From: a virus
Direction: 5' to 3' (one strand)
Length of the DNA: 42,355 nt
Virus record (IMG/VR): IMGVR_UViG_3300044560_000017
Both the position numbers and the translations under genes were made by a program. Shown here piece by piece: positions 16,565 through 25,149 of this stretch. Below the pieces are notes generated by a model. It searched no databases. It had not been told where the DNA came from and was given only the letters and a program-made list of their open reading frames with translations. Within the stretch, counting starts at the first letter, position 1. Each line of letters opens with the position of its first letter.

Positions 16565-16918
16565 CTACCCCCCTTTGACGGTATCGGACTTTTCCAGGGT
16601 GATAAAATCGAAGGCGATATAGTTGTTGGTGTCGTCATGCGAGATATTCGCAATCCGATACAGCTTGCCGTCATCAAGTTTCACCCGCAGTTGTTCGTCT
16701 AGCGCTGAGTTGCGGCGTACAGCGATAGTGCGCGTCTCTTCCATGCCAGCCTGCTTAGCCGCAAATAGCTGAGACGCTGACCGGGTACGGTACTCGGCCC
16801 ACAACGCAAACGATTCAACGAACGACTTAACCGGGGCGCCCGTGTTGGGATTGGTAGCTTGCTTGATGGTGCCGAAGTGGGCGCGGTGAACCAGTTGATG
16901 TGGTCTAATCTTGACCAT
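16565..16918 (-). CDS. Head closure / head-tail adaptor protein (SPP1 gp16-like)
   Basis: Gene order, ~117 aa. Start trimmed to ATG 16918. Confidence 0.7.
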   Translation of the reverse strand: MVKIRPHQLVHRAHFGTIKQATNPNTGAPVKSFVESFALWAEYRTRSASQLFAAKQAGMEETRTIAVRRNSALDEQLRVKLDDGKLYRIANISHDDTNNYIAFDFITLEKSDTVKGG

Positions 16919-17192
16919 TGTCAGCACCCCACATTCGCCCACGCAGGTGGTTAATCATCATGCTAAGACCCTTGTTAGTACCTACCCCGGTCGAACGATC
17001 GTAGTAGTAGCAAGAAACGTAGGTCTTCACGGCACGGTCAAACAGTGGGTACTTTTCGTACTCTTCCACGGGCAAATTGTAATTGACCGCGGAACGCACG
17101 TAGTCCGTACCTTCATCAATCAGAGATTGCAAAATATGCTCTTCACCATCTAAGTGAAGTTCTTCTTGCATTTCGCTAACAGTCACGGCCAA
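16905..17192 (-). CDS. gp6-like head-tail connector protein
   Basis: Gene order directly after the capsid gene; LHLDGEEHILQSLIDEGTDYVRS pattern. Confidence 0.72.
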   Translation of the reverse strand: MAVTVSEMQEELHLDGEEHILQSLIDEGTDYVRSAVNYNLPVEEYEKYPLFDRAVKTYVSCYYYDRSTGVGTNKGLSMMINHLRGRMWGADNGQD

Positions 17193-17206
17193 TTTCAGTC
17201 ACCCCT

Positions 17207-18397
17207 TTACTTAGCGTCAGCGGTTGGTGCGGTAGCAGCGCTTGAAGACTTCACTGCCGTGTTGGTCAGGAAGTAACCGGCGTCGGCGTCAGCAACCTTA
17301 ACGTCATAGCGCAGAGCACCCATCAGGTACTGGCCGTAAACCTTGTCATCAGCCCAGCTTAAGGAGACTTCTTGGCGGTCAGCGAACAAAATAGCCCGGT
17401 TCAAGTCACCGATAAAGGCCAATTGGTCACCAGCCTTGCCCAGCAACGTGTCAGAGATACGAACGACCCGAACGCCTGCGAGTACACCGGTGCTTGGCGT
17501 CGTGATGTCTTGGTGGAAAATGTACTGGCCGTTGTTGTCCTTCAAAGTGTCCAACGTGTTGTACAGAGATTGCGTTGCGACAATCGTTGGTGCATATGCC
17601 GGGTCAAGGGATACGTTCAGAATGCCCTTGATCGTATCAACGATGTTGGTGTCGGTGGAAGCAACGGCGGTGAAGCCTTGCAAAACCTTGGCAATGTCGG
17701 CGTTGGTAGTGTTTACGGACTTTTCGCCCATGTTCTTACCAACCAAGCCAGTCAGGTCAACTTGAGAATCGTCAATGGCTTCTTGAGACAGCGGAATTGC
17801 GCCCCGGCGAGTCGAAACCTTCCAATCAACGTCTTGGAAGTCTGGTTCTGCCAGTGCTGGGTTCTCCTTGAGTTCTTCAATGCTTGGGAACGTGTCAGTG
17901 GCACGCTTAAGAATTGGGTAAGACCCGGACGGCGTGGTAACAGGAACGACATTTACAAGTTGCTTCAAGTCAACAACAGTGTTAACTTCACTCTGTGGAT
18001 TGTAAATGATTTCTTCGGGAACCAATGGTTCAGCTTCGGTTGACGTAACTTGCAATGCGGCAGTGTCCTTGATGGCACCCTTAGAATGCAAGAAGTCGTT
18101 AAGCGCATGCTTTTCAGCAGACAGCTTATTTTCAGTAACAGGCACTTTCTTGGCCCCCTTCTTCGTCTTGGCAGAATTTCCAGCGATATGGCTGGCAACT
18201 TGGTCTGATTCTGCGGTTTCCCGTTGCGTCTTCAATTCGGCAAAACGGGCTTGTTCATTATCGCGGTCAGACTTCAATGCGGCCATGTTTTCGGGACTAA
18301 ACTTGTCATCAAGTAAGCCCTCAGTGATTTTGGCGTTGATGGCGGTCAACTTTTCTTGTGAGTCCGTCATGGCGTCCTTAATTTCAGATAAATTCAT
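17207..18397 (-). CDS. Major capsid protein, HK97 fold, with an N-terminal delta/scaffold-like coiled coil
   Basis: 396 aa, follows a ClpP-type protease; helical N-terminal ~100 aa, then a capsid-like body. Confidence 0.92.
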   Translation of the reverse strand: MNLSEIKDAMTDSQEKLTAINAKITEGLLDDKFSPENMAALKSDRDNEQARFAELKTQRETAESDQVASHIAGNSAKTKKGAKKVPVTENKLSAEKHALNDFLHSKGAIKDTAALQVTSTEAEPLVPEEIIYNPQSEVNTVVDLKQLVNVVPVTTPSGSYPILKRATDTFPSIEELKENPALAEPDFQDVDWKVSTRRGAIPLSQEAIDDSQVDLTGLVGKNMGEKSVNTTNADIAKVLQGFTAVASTDTNIVDTIKGILNVSLDPAYAPTIVATQSLYNTLDTLKDNNGQYIFHQDITTPSTGVLAGVRVVRISDTLLGKAGDQLAFIGDLNRAILFADRQEVSLSWADDKVYGQYLMGALRYDVKVADADAGYFLTNTAVKSSSAATAPTADAK

Positions 18398-19095
18398 TAC
18401 TTTACACCTCTCAAAATATTTAATTTCTGTTGCAGTACAGTGTCGTGAACCGGCTCAGTTTTTGGCTTAACCGTCGGCTTCTTGTCGGTGGCGAGCATGT
18501 TTCTAAACTTGACGACAGCCGACTTGGCCGGGATAGAAGACGCGGACGCAACGGCTTGTAGCGTGTCAGCTGAGTCATCGAATAAAATCTTGTCGGCAAA
18601 GCCATAATCCTTGGCTTGCTCGGCCGTGAGCCACGTTTCTTTATTCATCAAGTCCAGCAGGTCGTCCTTGGCCATGCCTGTCTTGGCGACATAAGCGTTG
18701 GCGATTGACTTGTTGATGTTGTCCAACACCCCAGCCTTGTGGGCCATGGTATTAGTGTCACCTTCAACCGCTGAACTGGCATTGTGGATCATGAGTTGGG
18801 CCGTTGGCGACATCGAAACGGTATCGCCGGCCATGGTGATAACGCTGGCCGCACTAGCCGCAATGCCCGTGACTGTGACGTTGACCTTGCCAGAGTAATT
18901 TTTCAGCTCGGTAAATATGTCACTAGCCGCGAACACATCGCCGCCGTAAGAACTAATGGCCACATCAACATCAGCACCATCAGCGGCAGTAAGCGCGTCA
19001 CTGACTGCCGCGGGACTGATACTATCCATGCCAAACCAGTTGTAGAAGCTGGCGGTCTCGTTGTCTACTACGTCACCAGTAAGTTTGATTGTCAT
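18397..19095 (-). CDS. Prohead maturation protease (ClpP/S14-like)
   Basis: ISSYGGDVFAASDIFTELKNYSGKVNVTVTGIAASAASVITMAGD motif block. Confidence 0.92.
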   Translation of the reverse strand: MTIKLTGDVVDNETASFYNWFGMDSISPAAVSDALTAADGADVDVAISSYGGDVFAASDIFTELKNYSGKVNVTVTGIAASAASVITMAGDTVSMSPTAQLMIHNASSAVEGDTNTMAHKAGVLDNINKSIANAYVAKTGMAKDDLLDLMNKETWLTAEQAKDYGFADKILFDDSADTLQAVASASSIPAKSAVVKFRNMLATDKKPTVKPKTEPVHDTVLQQKLNILRGVK

Positions 19096-20244
19096 TTACT
19101 CACCCCCTTTCGTTGGGTCATTACCTACGTCAAAATCTGGTGTGTCTACCGGGATAAACCCGACTGACTTAAGAATATGAGTTGCTTGCACACCCTCTAG
19201 GGCGTCGTTTTTGGTCAAGTCTGAAATGGTGGCGGCGTACTGACTGTAGTCAGGATCAATCGCCGGTTGCATGTCCAGGTCAACGCCGACACCTAACTTC
19301 ATGGTCAGCTCACTACTCAAGGCGTAGATGTACTTGTTCAGCGCTTGAGAATAGGTTGAACGAACCTGGTCAATGTTACTGTGGGCCGACTCGTTATTTA
19401 AGAAGTCTTGTGGCACCCCAAACGCCTTAGCCACCTGGTTACGCGTATAGCTGACTGAGTTCAGCAAGTTGGCAATGTTGCTGTCAATCTGCGGCGTTGA
19501 GTACGTAGCCGTGGGGTCCATGACCATGACCCGGCCGGCATTGGCCCCTGAGTTGGCGCGCTCAAATTCTCGGCGAACGTTCTCTTTGGCTTCGGGGTCA
19601 ACCGCACCAGCAGCAAGTGTAAGAATACCGCTTGGCCGAATAGCCTGGTTCAGTGACTTCAAAGCCATATCGTTGGCTTTGTCCTGAATGTTCAGGTCGC
19701 CGACCAGTGATTGCAGGGGACTGACACCGATAAACTTGTTGTCGCTCAGGTTGGACAGCAGCTTAAAGTGAAGCATTTGACCGGCGGGAATCGTTACCGT
19801 GCCCCGATTGTCATAGTACGTAACCTTGTAGTTAACATTTTGCTCGCCATCATCAATGATAATCTGAACCTGTGGCGGCGTTACCTGCTCAAAGTGGTGT
19901 AGGCGGCCGCTGGCGTCCAGGTTCATGACCACGTAGGCATTGCCGTTCAGTAATAACGCCCCGGTGACGGATTGCCAAAAATTGTATGAATTAATGATTG
20001 GATTAGGCGCGTTCAGCTTATGCAACAAGAAGTCGTTGGCTGATACAAACTTGCAACTGGAAACGTCCGCTGAAATTAAGTTGACCACACTGTATATGTC
20101 TGAGTTCTTGAGGGCGGCGCTGGCCGTGGCGTAGCTGGCCGACTTGACAACCTGGCCGTTCACAATCAGGAATGGTTGGTAGTCAGAACTGGGCACCCAT
20201 GCCCGATTACTGAACCGGCGCTTGAATGGATTAGTGAACTTCAT
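19096..20244 (-). CDS. Portal protein (HK97 family)
   Basis: 382 aa between the terminase and protease genes. Confidence 0.9.
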   Translation of the reverse strand: MKFTNPFKRRFSNRAWVPSSDYQPFLIVNGQVVKSASYATASAALKNSDIYSVVNLISADVSSCKFVSANDFLLHKLNAPNPIINSYNFWQSVTGALLLNGNAYVVMNLDASGRLHHFEQVTPPQVQIIIDDGEQNVNYKVTYYDNRGTVTIPAGQMLHFKLLSNLSDNKFIGVSPLQSLVGDLNIQDKANDMALKSLNQAIRPSGILTLAAGAVDPEAKENVRREFERANSGANAGRVMVMDPTATYSTPQIDSNIANLLNSVSYTRNQVAKAFGVPQDFLNNESAHSNIDQVRSTYSQALNKYIYALSSELTMKLGVGVDLDMQPAIDPDYSQYAATISDLTKNDALEGVQATHILKSVGFIPVDTPDFDVGNDPTKGGE

Positions 20245-20258
20245 CGTTTCACCTCCTT

Positions 20259-20447
20259 TCAGTCGCTACTGCCGAATAGGAAGGCACTCACAATCAGGCA
20301 AACACCCAGCACAATATCACCGGCAGGGGCGCTGTACTCACCAACGCCCCTACTCAGCGTGATAATGCCGCAGATGTAGACCACCGCAGGCATTGCATTG
20401 CCGATTGCCTCAAGTACCGTTCCCAGTCGCTTTAAAAATTTGTCCAT
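20259..20447 (-). CDS. Small membrane protein (62 aa, hypothetical)
   Basis: Trimmed to ATG 20447 (AGGGAG SD). Two hydrophobic segments. Confidence 0.45.
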   Translation of the reverse strand: MDKFLKRLGTVLEAIGNAMPAVVYICGIITLSRGVGEYSAPAGDIVLGVCLIVSAFLFGSSD

Positions 20448-20458
20448 GTCGTCACTCC

Positions 20459-22330
20459 CTAAAAGCTGTAATTTTTGTAAAAGCTGTTGATGTCGTCTTG
20501 CTTCCAACCGGCAAATGGGTCATCGGTGCCGCGGTCGTCCCGTGAGACACCTTCAAAGTGAAGCATGGCTTCATAGAAGCAGTTTATGATGGCGTCCACG
20601 CAGTCGATTTTGTCGGTGGCAAGGTTCTTATCTATTTTGATACCGTTATTGTCAACCAGCGTAACGGCGTTGGTCATGCCGGCCTGCATTACCCGATCAT
20701 CAAACATGGTAATGTGTCCGTTTTGCATTTCATGCCGGAAAAATGAGGTAGGCTCGTCAAGTGATTTTGTCCCCTGCCGAACCGGTTCAATAAGCCAGTT
20801 GTTTTCTTGGTCGAGCTTGTAAATAAAGACTTTGTCCCGCCACGGGTCGTACAGGAACGATTGCACGTGTAGGTTGTGAACCTCTACAAAGTCGAGCAAC
20901 CAGTTGTACACGTCCGAGTAATCAATGTCGCCGCCTCGCGTGTGCGAGATGGTGGCGAACCCGCGCCGTTCCTCTTCACGGTAGGGAATGCCGTCTTGAT
21001 TTTCCTTGATAGCAATGCTTTGCTGGGTTCGTGAGGTCGGTATAAATGAATGCTGGTAAACATGGAATTTATGTTGGCCGTCCTCGCTGGTGTAGGGGAA
21101 CACGAACGCTAAGCTGGTGTCGTCGCTGTACTGCGAGGCGTCAAACCCCACATAAACGTCTCGGCCGTCGATGTCGAAACCGTCGCGCGGGATAATCGAG
21201 GCGTTGATGTCTTTCAAGTCGAGGTAACGGTTCTCTTTCTCGTTCAGCCACATATTCATGTTTTTGGTCTGAAAGTCACCGATAGTGCCAGCCAGCATGT
21301 CGCTGTCGCGCTTGTCAATCAGACCACCTAAAAGCTCTCGTTTCTGCTCAGGTGAGTTCAGCAGCGGGTTACTCTTAGCCCACGTCTTGGGGTCTTGAGT
21401 TTCTTTGAGATCGTCTTGCGCCCAGACCAGACACAGGTAAGCGTCGGCGTCGCGCTTGTAATCCTCTTCCATTGCTTTGGTGAGCATTCTCTGGTCGTCG
21501 TAGAACGGCACTTTCGGATCAGGGTATGACGTTGAAATTTGAATGTACCGCCGGTCGGCAATCTTAATCTGACCGGATAGAATCTTAGATGTCTTGGCCC
21601 GATTCTTGAGTTCCCCGACTTCGTCAACGATTGCAGTACGGAAATGGAAACTATCGAATTGGCCCGACTCAAAGCTGACGGCCCGAATGACGTTGTTGCT
21701 TTTTTTCATAATGATCTGGTCGTTTTGGAGCATGAGACCAGATTGCTTGGCCAGTGTCTTGAATGGCTCAATCTCGGTGACCTTGCGCAACATCGTTTTC
21801 AGATAACCGAGTAGCTTGCTGGTTTGCTTCCAGTTGATTGACGCAACCAGGTAGTCCTGGTTGGACAGGCCCAGCGAGTCAAGCAGAAAAGTGTAGGCCA
21901 TAATAATCGCGGCAATCATCGTCTTACCCTGCGCCCGACCAACTGAGATTAGCGACTTGGTAAAACGAACGCCGCCCGTCTTGGTCTTCCAGCCAAACAA
22001 CTCGGCCATGATAAACTGTTGCCAACCGAGTAAGTGAACTGGGTCGCCGCTGTCAACGTCAGGGGTCACGCTTGCAAAGAGCAGTGCCTTGTTCACGGCG
22101 TCCGGATCATAGACGAACGGAAAATCAGGTTGGCCCTGCCGCTGTAAATCGCGCAAGTGGCGAAATGCCGCGAGCTTCATCAAATAGCCGGTAACCTCTT
22201 TTCCGTCAAGCACTTTGAAGGCGTACTCAGTACCGGGGTCGGTGAAGTGACCACGTAAATCATTGAACGCTGCGTCAGAACACGCCTGAGCAACGTCTTT
22301 TGTCTTGGAAATATCAATCTTTTTCAACAT
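20459..22330 (-). CDS. terL: Terminase large subunit
   Basis: 623 aa. Walker A-like SVGRAQGKT, Walker B-like VDEVGE, downstream nuclease half. Adjacent to terS and the portal gene. Confidence 0.95.
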   Translation of the reverse strand: MLKKIDISKTKDVAQACSDAAFNDLRGHFTDPGTEYAFKVLDGKEVTGYLMKLAAFRHLRDLQRQGQPDFPFVYDPDAVNKALLFASVTPDVDSGDPVHLLGWQQFIMAELFGWKTKTGGVRFTKSLISVGRAQGKTMIAAIIMAYTFLLDSLGLSNQDYLVASINWKQTSKLLGYLKTMLRKVTEIEPFKTLAKQSGLMLQNDQIIMKKSNNVIRAVSFESGQFDSFHFRTAIVDEVGELKNRAKTSKILSGQIKIADRRYIQISTSYPDPKVPFYDDQRMLTKAMEEDYKRDADAYLCLVWAQDDLKETQDPKTWAKSNPLLNSPEQKRELLGGLIDKRDSDMLAGTIGDFQTKNMNMWLNEKENRYLDLKDINASIIPRDGFDIDGRDVYVGFDASQYSDDTSLAFVFPYTSEDGQHKFHVYQHSFIPTSRTQQSIAIKENQDGIPYREEERRGFATISHTRGGDIDYSDVYNWLLDFVEVHNLHVQSFLYDPWRDKVFIYKLDQENNWLIEPVRQGTKSLDEPTSFFRHEMQNGHITMFDDRVMQAGMTNAVTLVDNNGIKIDKNLATDKIDCVDAIINCFYEAMLHFEGVSRDDRGTDDPFAGWKQDDINSFYKNYSF

Positions 22331-22351
22331 TGCTCACCCCTTTCTATCCGG

Positions 22352-22804
22352 CTACTTTTTGCCGAAGAACTTGGCTAAATCCGCAGCCACATTTTCGTCA
22401 CCGTCATTACCGGCCGACTGAATTAATTCTTGTCGGCTTGCTGGCGTCAACCCCAATTCATTGCCGAGCTGTTTCAGGCGGCTGGTAGCAGAATCTAAAA
22501 TCTGAGTCGCAGGGTTTCGCTTAAACCCAACAAAATCAGTCGCAACAATCTCACCGGTAACTGGGCTTAGTGTCGTCTTGTAGGCTTTCTTGGATTGGCC
22601 ATTCTCAGAAACGTTCTCGTAGGCTTCCCGCATGGATTGGTAGTTAATGCAGAACGCTTCAACGATACTGCTGTCAAGCTGAGTAACGTTTAAGTCTTGC
22701 TTGTTCAAAACTGGCACAATGGCTGACCACATATCACGCGCAATGCCTTGCAAGTAGTCAGGCGGTGTTGCACTAAGACGTGCACTTTTCTTTTTTGCTG
22801 TCAT
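22352..22804 (-). CDS. terS: Terminase small subunit (P27 family-like)
   Basis: 150 aa. ...NPATQILDSATSRLKQLGNELGLTPASR C-terminal pattern; gene position. Confidence 0.88.
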   Translation of the reverse strand: MTAKKKSARLSATPPDYLQGIARDMWSAIVPVLNKQDLNVTQLDSSIVEAFCINYQSMREAYENVSENGQSKKAYKTTLSPVTGEIVATDFVGFKRNPATQILDSATSRLKQLGNELGLTPASRQELIQSAGNDGDENVAADLAKFFGKK

Positions 22805-22869
22805 TATCTAACCCCCTTACCAAAAGTGATTTTTAAATTGAAAATTTTTATAAGACAACTCCATTGGTA

Positions 22870-22901
22870 TGCGGACAGCCGGCTTAGACCCGGGCGGCCC
22901 C
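22870..22901. other. Candidate cos region (GC-rich block between HNH and terS)
   Basis: gcggacagccggcttagacccgggcggccccc sits in an otherwise AT-rich intergenic region. The HNH + P27 terS + HK97 head combination is typical of cos phages. Termini not determinable from sequence. Confidence 0.3.
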
Positions 22902-23477
22902 CTAATTTGTGAGAGCGCGCTTCCAGTCAATCGCCGTCATGCGAGAAAGTTTCTTGTCGTTGGTCTTTGCTTCCATTCGAGTTTTTTTATTGTGGTCTTT
23001 GCCGCAGAGCGTCCACAGGTTTTTGTCTGCCAGGCGATCAGTGTCAGAACACAACCGCAGCGGTACAATATGGTCAACGTACATGCGATTCTCTGACCTG
23101 CCGCAGACCTGACAACAACCAAGGTCGCGAGAGTAGACTGCCGAGCGTACCGACAGCCATTGCTTTGAACGGTAGAACTTTGCCCGTGAACTTTGTGCCA
23201 TGTCTTTGGCTGGTTCTTTGGCTGGGCTTTTTAGTCCGAAACTTTGAGCCAAGTCTTTGCCCGCACTGTCGTCGTCCGTTGCGGCGAACCGGTGAGTCGT
23301 GTCGTAGTGCTTGCTCGCTCGGCGTCGGTGATACTCGTAGGCGCGAGCAGCAACACCAGTCGAGTGCCGGTGCAAGTATGCTTGATAGTGTTCGTTGTAA
23401 TGCTTGGTGCAGTAGCGATACTTGAGCGGTATCATCTCACGGCAACCGGGCTGACCACAGCGGTGAACTAATGGCAT
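22902..23477 (-). CDS. HNH endonuclease (packaging-associated)
   Basis: CQVCGR...VDHIVPL...NLWTLCGKDHNKKT HNH core; sits immediately upstream of terS. Confidence 0.9.
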   Translation of the reverse strand: MPLVHRCGQPGCREMIPLKYRYCTKHYNEHYQAYLHRHSTGVAARAYEYHRRRASKHYDTTHRFAATDDDSAGKDLAQSFGLKSPAKEPAKDMAQSSRAKFYRSKQWLSVRSAVYSRDLGCCQVCGRSENRMYVDHIVPLRLCSDTDRLADKNLWTLCGKDHNKKTRMEAKTNDKKLSRMTAIDWKRALTN

Positions 23478-23562
23478 TACTTACCATACTTCCTTCTAAT
23501 TGGATTGATTACATACAACTTGGCTAGACCATTATTAGCTAATGTGCTATCTAACATATTGC

Positions 23563-24483
23563 CTAATGGACTACTCTTAGCAACAACTCATCTCTACGCT
23601 TGCCTGTTGCCGAAAAGTTTTGCTTATTGCCAAAATTAAAAGCCACCTCGGTATGAGGTAGCTTTGTGTATTCACTAATATAAATTTCTTTAGCTGGGCA
23701 TTCATGTAGATACCAATTCTCAAATGCTTTATGGTCGAATCCGTCATAATCGTACTGAGTCCCAACATATGGTGGATCACAGTAAACAACGTCATCAGCA
23801 TCGATGACTAGTTCGCGATAGTCCTTTACGGAATATTCCAGTTGTTCCAGTTGTTGCAGTCGTTGCAGTTGTTGCAGTTGTTCCAGTCGTTGCAGTTGTT
23901 GCAGTTGTTGCAGTCGTTGCAGTCGTTGCAGCAAATCATAACGAGAATTAATATTCATTTGTTCTAGTCGCCATTTATGGAATAATCTGTACTTCTCACT
24001 AATTGTATTAGCATTTAAAGAATAGCTATATAATTGGTCAAATTCCGTCCCAGTGTTTCCGTAAAAGAGGGCCTTAGTTAGCAATAACTTTTCCTCTTCT
24101 TTTTTTCTACCCCACAAATAATCCTTCTGATTATTACTAAATGAATAAGCAGTTAGCACTAACGTTCGTTCGATCGAATCAGGTTGATTATCTCGCCAAT
24201 CAAAAAATTGTTCTCGTGTTAATGCTACGTAATCCATCAAGTTGAAATGCGTCTCATCACTGACTAACGCTCTTAATAGCTCAACCACGGTTTTCCTTCG
24301 GTCATTATATATTACTTCTTCGTATTTTCCAGATGAAACAGCTGTCAAACTAACGCATCCACCCCCACCGAATACATCAACCAATCGTTTGCCATCGGGT
24401 AGGGCTTCCATAATTTGTTCAACCTTCTGTCCCTTGTTGCCAACGTACGGCAGTCCACGCTTCCATTTATCTTTTACTTTCAT
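23563..24483 (-). CDS. N6-adenine DNA methyltransferase (Dam/D12 class, alpha order) with an internal QQL/QRL/EQL repeat insert
   Basis: Motif I DVFGGGGCVSL and motif IV CDPPY. True start is ATG 24483 (MKVKDKWKRGLPYVGNKG). The 478-aa track ORF is a spurious upstream extension through the tRNA region. Confidence 0.9.
   Translation of the reverse strand: MKVKDKWKRGLPYVGNKGQKVEQIMEALPDGKRLVDVFGGGGCVSLTAVSSGKYEEVIYNDRRKTVVELLRALVSDETHFNLMDYVALTREQFFDWRDNQPDSIERTLVLTAYSFSNNQKDYLWGRKKEEEKLLLTKALFYGNTGTEFDQLYSYSLNANTISEKYRLFHKWRLEQMNINSRYDLLQRLQRLQQLQQLQRLEQLQQLQRLQQLEQLEYSVKDYRELVIDADDVVYCDPPYVGTQYDYDGFDHKAFENWYLHECPAKEIYISEYTKLPHTEVAFNFGNKQNFSATGKRRDELLLRVVH
23839..23928. repeat. Ten tandem 9-bp units (cagttgttg / cagtcgttg / cagttgttc) inside the methyltransferase gene
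   Basis: Counted unit by unit. Encodes LQRLQRLQQLQQLQRLEQLQQLQRLQQLEQL in frame. Confidence 0.95.
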
Positions 24484-24634
24484 CTTGGCTATGTTTTCCT
24501 TTCGATTGTAAATTAAAAGCGCCATGCTTCTCAGCGCGACGCTCATGTTTCTTCTTATCAGCCAGCCAACGCTCCAAGTCACGATAGCAGTGGTTCTCTG
24601 CTGGGCTAACGTAGCCATACTCAGTGTGTTGCAT
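24467..24634 (-). CDS. Small ORF (55 aa, basic, hypothetical)
   Basis: Hand-translated MQHTEYGYVSPAENHCYRDLERWLADKKKHERRAEKHGAFNLQSKGKHSQDESKR. GGGAG lies 11 nt upstream. Overlaps the MTase start. Confidence 0.3.
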   Translation of the reverse strand: MQHTEYGYVSPAENHCYRDLERWLADKKKHERRAEKHGAFNLQSKGKHSQDESKR

Positions 24635-24719
24635 GTAACCACACTCCCAACACGATAATGAGTAGTACCATCAGCAGGCCGAATATTAAGTTGTCCCGTT
24701 GATAGTTTCTCATTGCCAT
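24621..24719 (-). CDS. Small ORF (32 aa, one TM helix, hypothetical)
   Basis: Hand-translated MAMRNYQRDNLIFGLLMVLLIIVLGVWLHATH; GGAG immediately upstream. Confidence 0.3.
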   Translation of the reverse strand: MAMRNYQRDNLIFGLLMVLLIIVLGVWLHATH

Positions 24720-24730
24720 TACTCCAAACT

Positions 24731-24756
24731 AAAAGGCCGCCTCGTTTGAGACGGCC
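24731..24756 (-). terminator. Intrinsic terminator closing the tRNA / tRNA-like RNA segment
   Basis: Minus strand ggccgtctc-aaac-gaggcggcc followed by TTTT. Confidence 0.6.
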
Positions 24757-24760
24757 GTGT

Positions 24761-24806
24761 ATGTGATTGGTGTGGAATCGAACCACACGCGGTAATGAGC
24801 CTCCTG
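24761..24806 (-). pseudogene. Degenerate tRNA 3' half (CAT anticodon-loop-like + T-arm + acceptor 3' strand)
   Basis: gtgtgg-ttcgatt-ccacac T-arm plus caatcac acceptor strand, identical to the element at 24922-24949. ggctcattacc resembles the CAT anticodon loop. No 5' half is present. Confidence 0.5.
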
Positions 24807-24922
24807 ACGTGGACTTTTTTATATTTTCTAGCCACGTTTCAACCACCCGTCGACTTACGCTTTTAAGCTTAGCGTATAGAACTCGCATTTTGGTATTGCG
24901 CAATACCGTGGTTGCTGACCAA

Positions 24923-24999
24923 TGTGATTGGTGTGGAATCGAACCACACACGGGGTTCAAACCGCCCTCTTCTGGCAGGCCAACGCCAGTTACAATCAC
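24923..24999 (-). ncRNA. 77-nt tRNA-like element (perfect acceptor and T-arm, non-canonical core)
   Basis: Acceptor GTGATTG/CAATCAC 7/7 bp, U8-A9, T-arm GTGTGG-TTCGATT-CCACAC. No canonical 5-7-5 anticodon arm could be folded by hand. Confidence 0.45.
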
Positions 25000-25063
25000 A
25001 CGATGGACGCTATAGCCTTAGATGAACGGGAGAGTTCATCTCCTTAGGTTTATTTGCGTCCAA

Positions 25064-25137
25064 TGGACCATGTAGGACTCGAACCTACGACCGAACGGTT
25101 ATGAGCCGTCTACTCTAGCCAACTGAGTTAAAGGTCC
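25064..25137 (-). tRNA. tRNA with anticodon CAT (Met, or Ile2 if lysidine-modified)
   Basis: Hand fold: acceptor GGACCTT/ATGGTCC (one T:T mismatch), D-arm ACTC-agttggct-(a)GAGT, anticodon arm GACGG-CTCATAA-CCGTT, variable CGGTC, T-arm GTAGG-TTCGAGT-CCTAC, discriminator A, no encoded CCA. Confidence 0.85.
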
Positions 25138-25149
25138 TTAATGACAATA

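Noticed and set aside
15777-16677. Long N-terminal extensions of track ORFs 15777..16274 and 16147..16677
   Set aside because: The extensions overlap the preceding genes by more than 100 nt in other frames. Internal ATGs with good SDs (16145, 16560) give the compact head-to-tail packing typical of this module.
24761-24953. The two 28-nt repeats as a minimal CRISPR array
   Set aside because: There are only two copies. The repeat is a tRNA T-arm/acceptor sequence, the 133-nt spacing is far too long, and there are no cas genes.
24484-24999. N-terminal 172 aa of the 478-aa track ORF (23563..24999)
   Set aside because: This part reads through the tRNA-like element, hairpins and a terminator. A proper SD plus ATG at 24483 begins the methyltransferase just before motif I.
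24923-24999. tRNA-Sec or suppressor tRNA interpretation of the 77-nt tRNA-like element (13-bp acceptor + T helix, possible 6-bp D stem)
   Set aside because: No UCA anticodon, no long variable arm, and no canonical anticodon stem could be folded. The best alternative loop, AGAAGAG, lacks U33.
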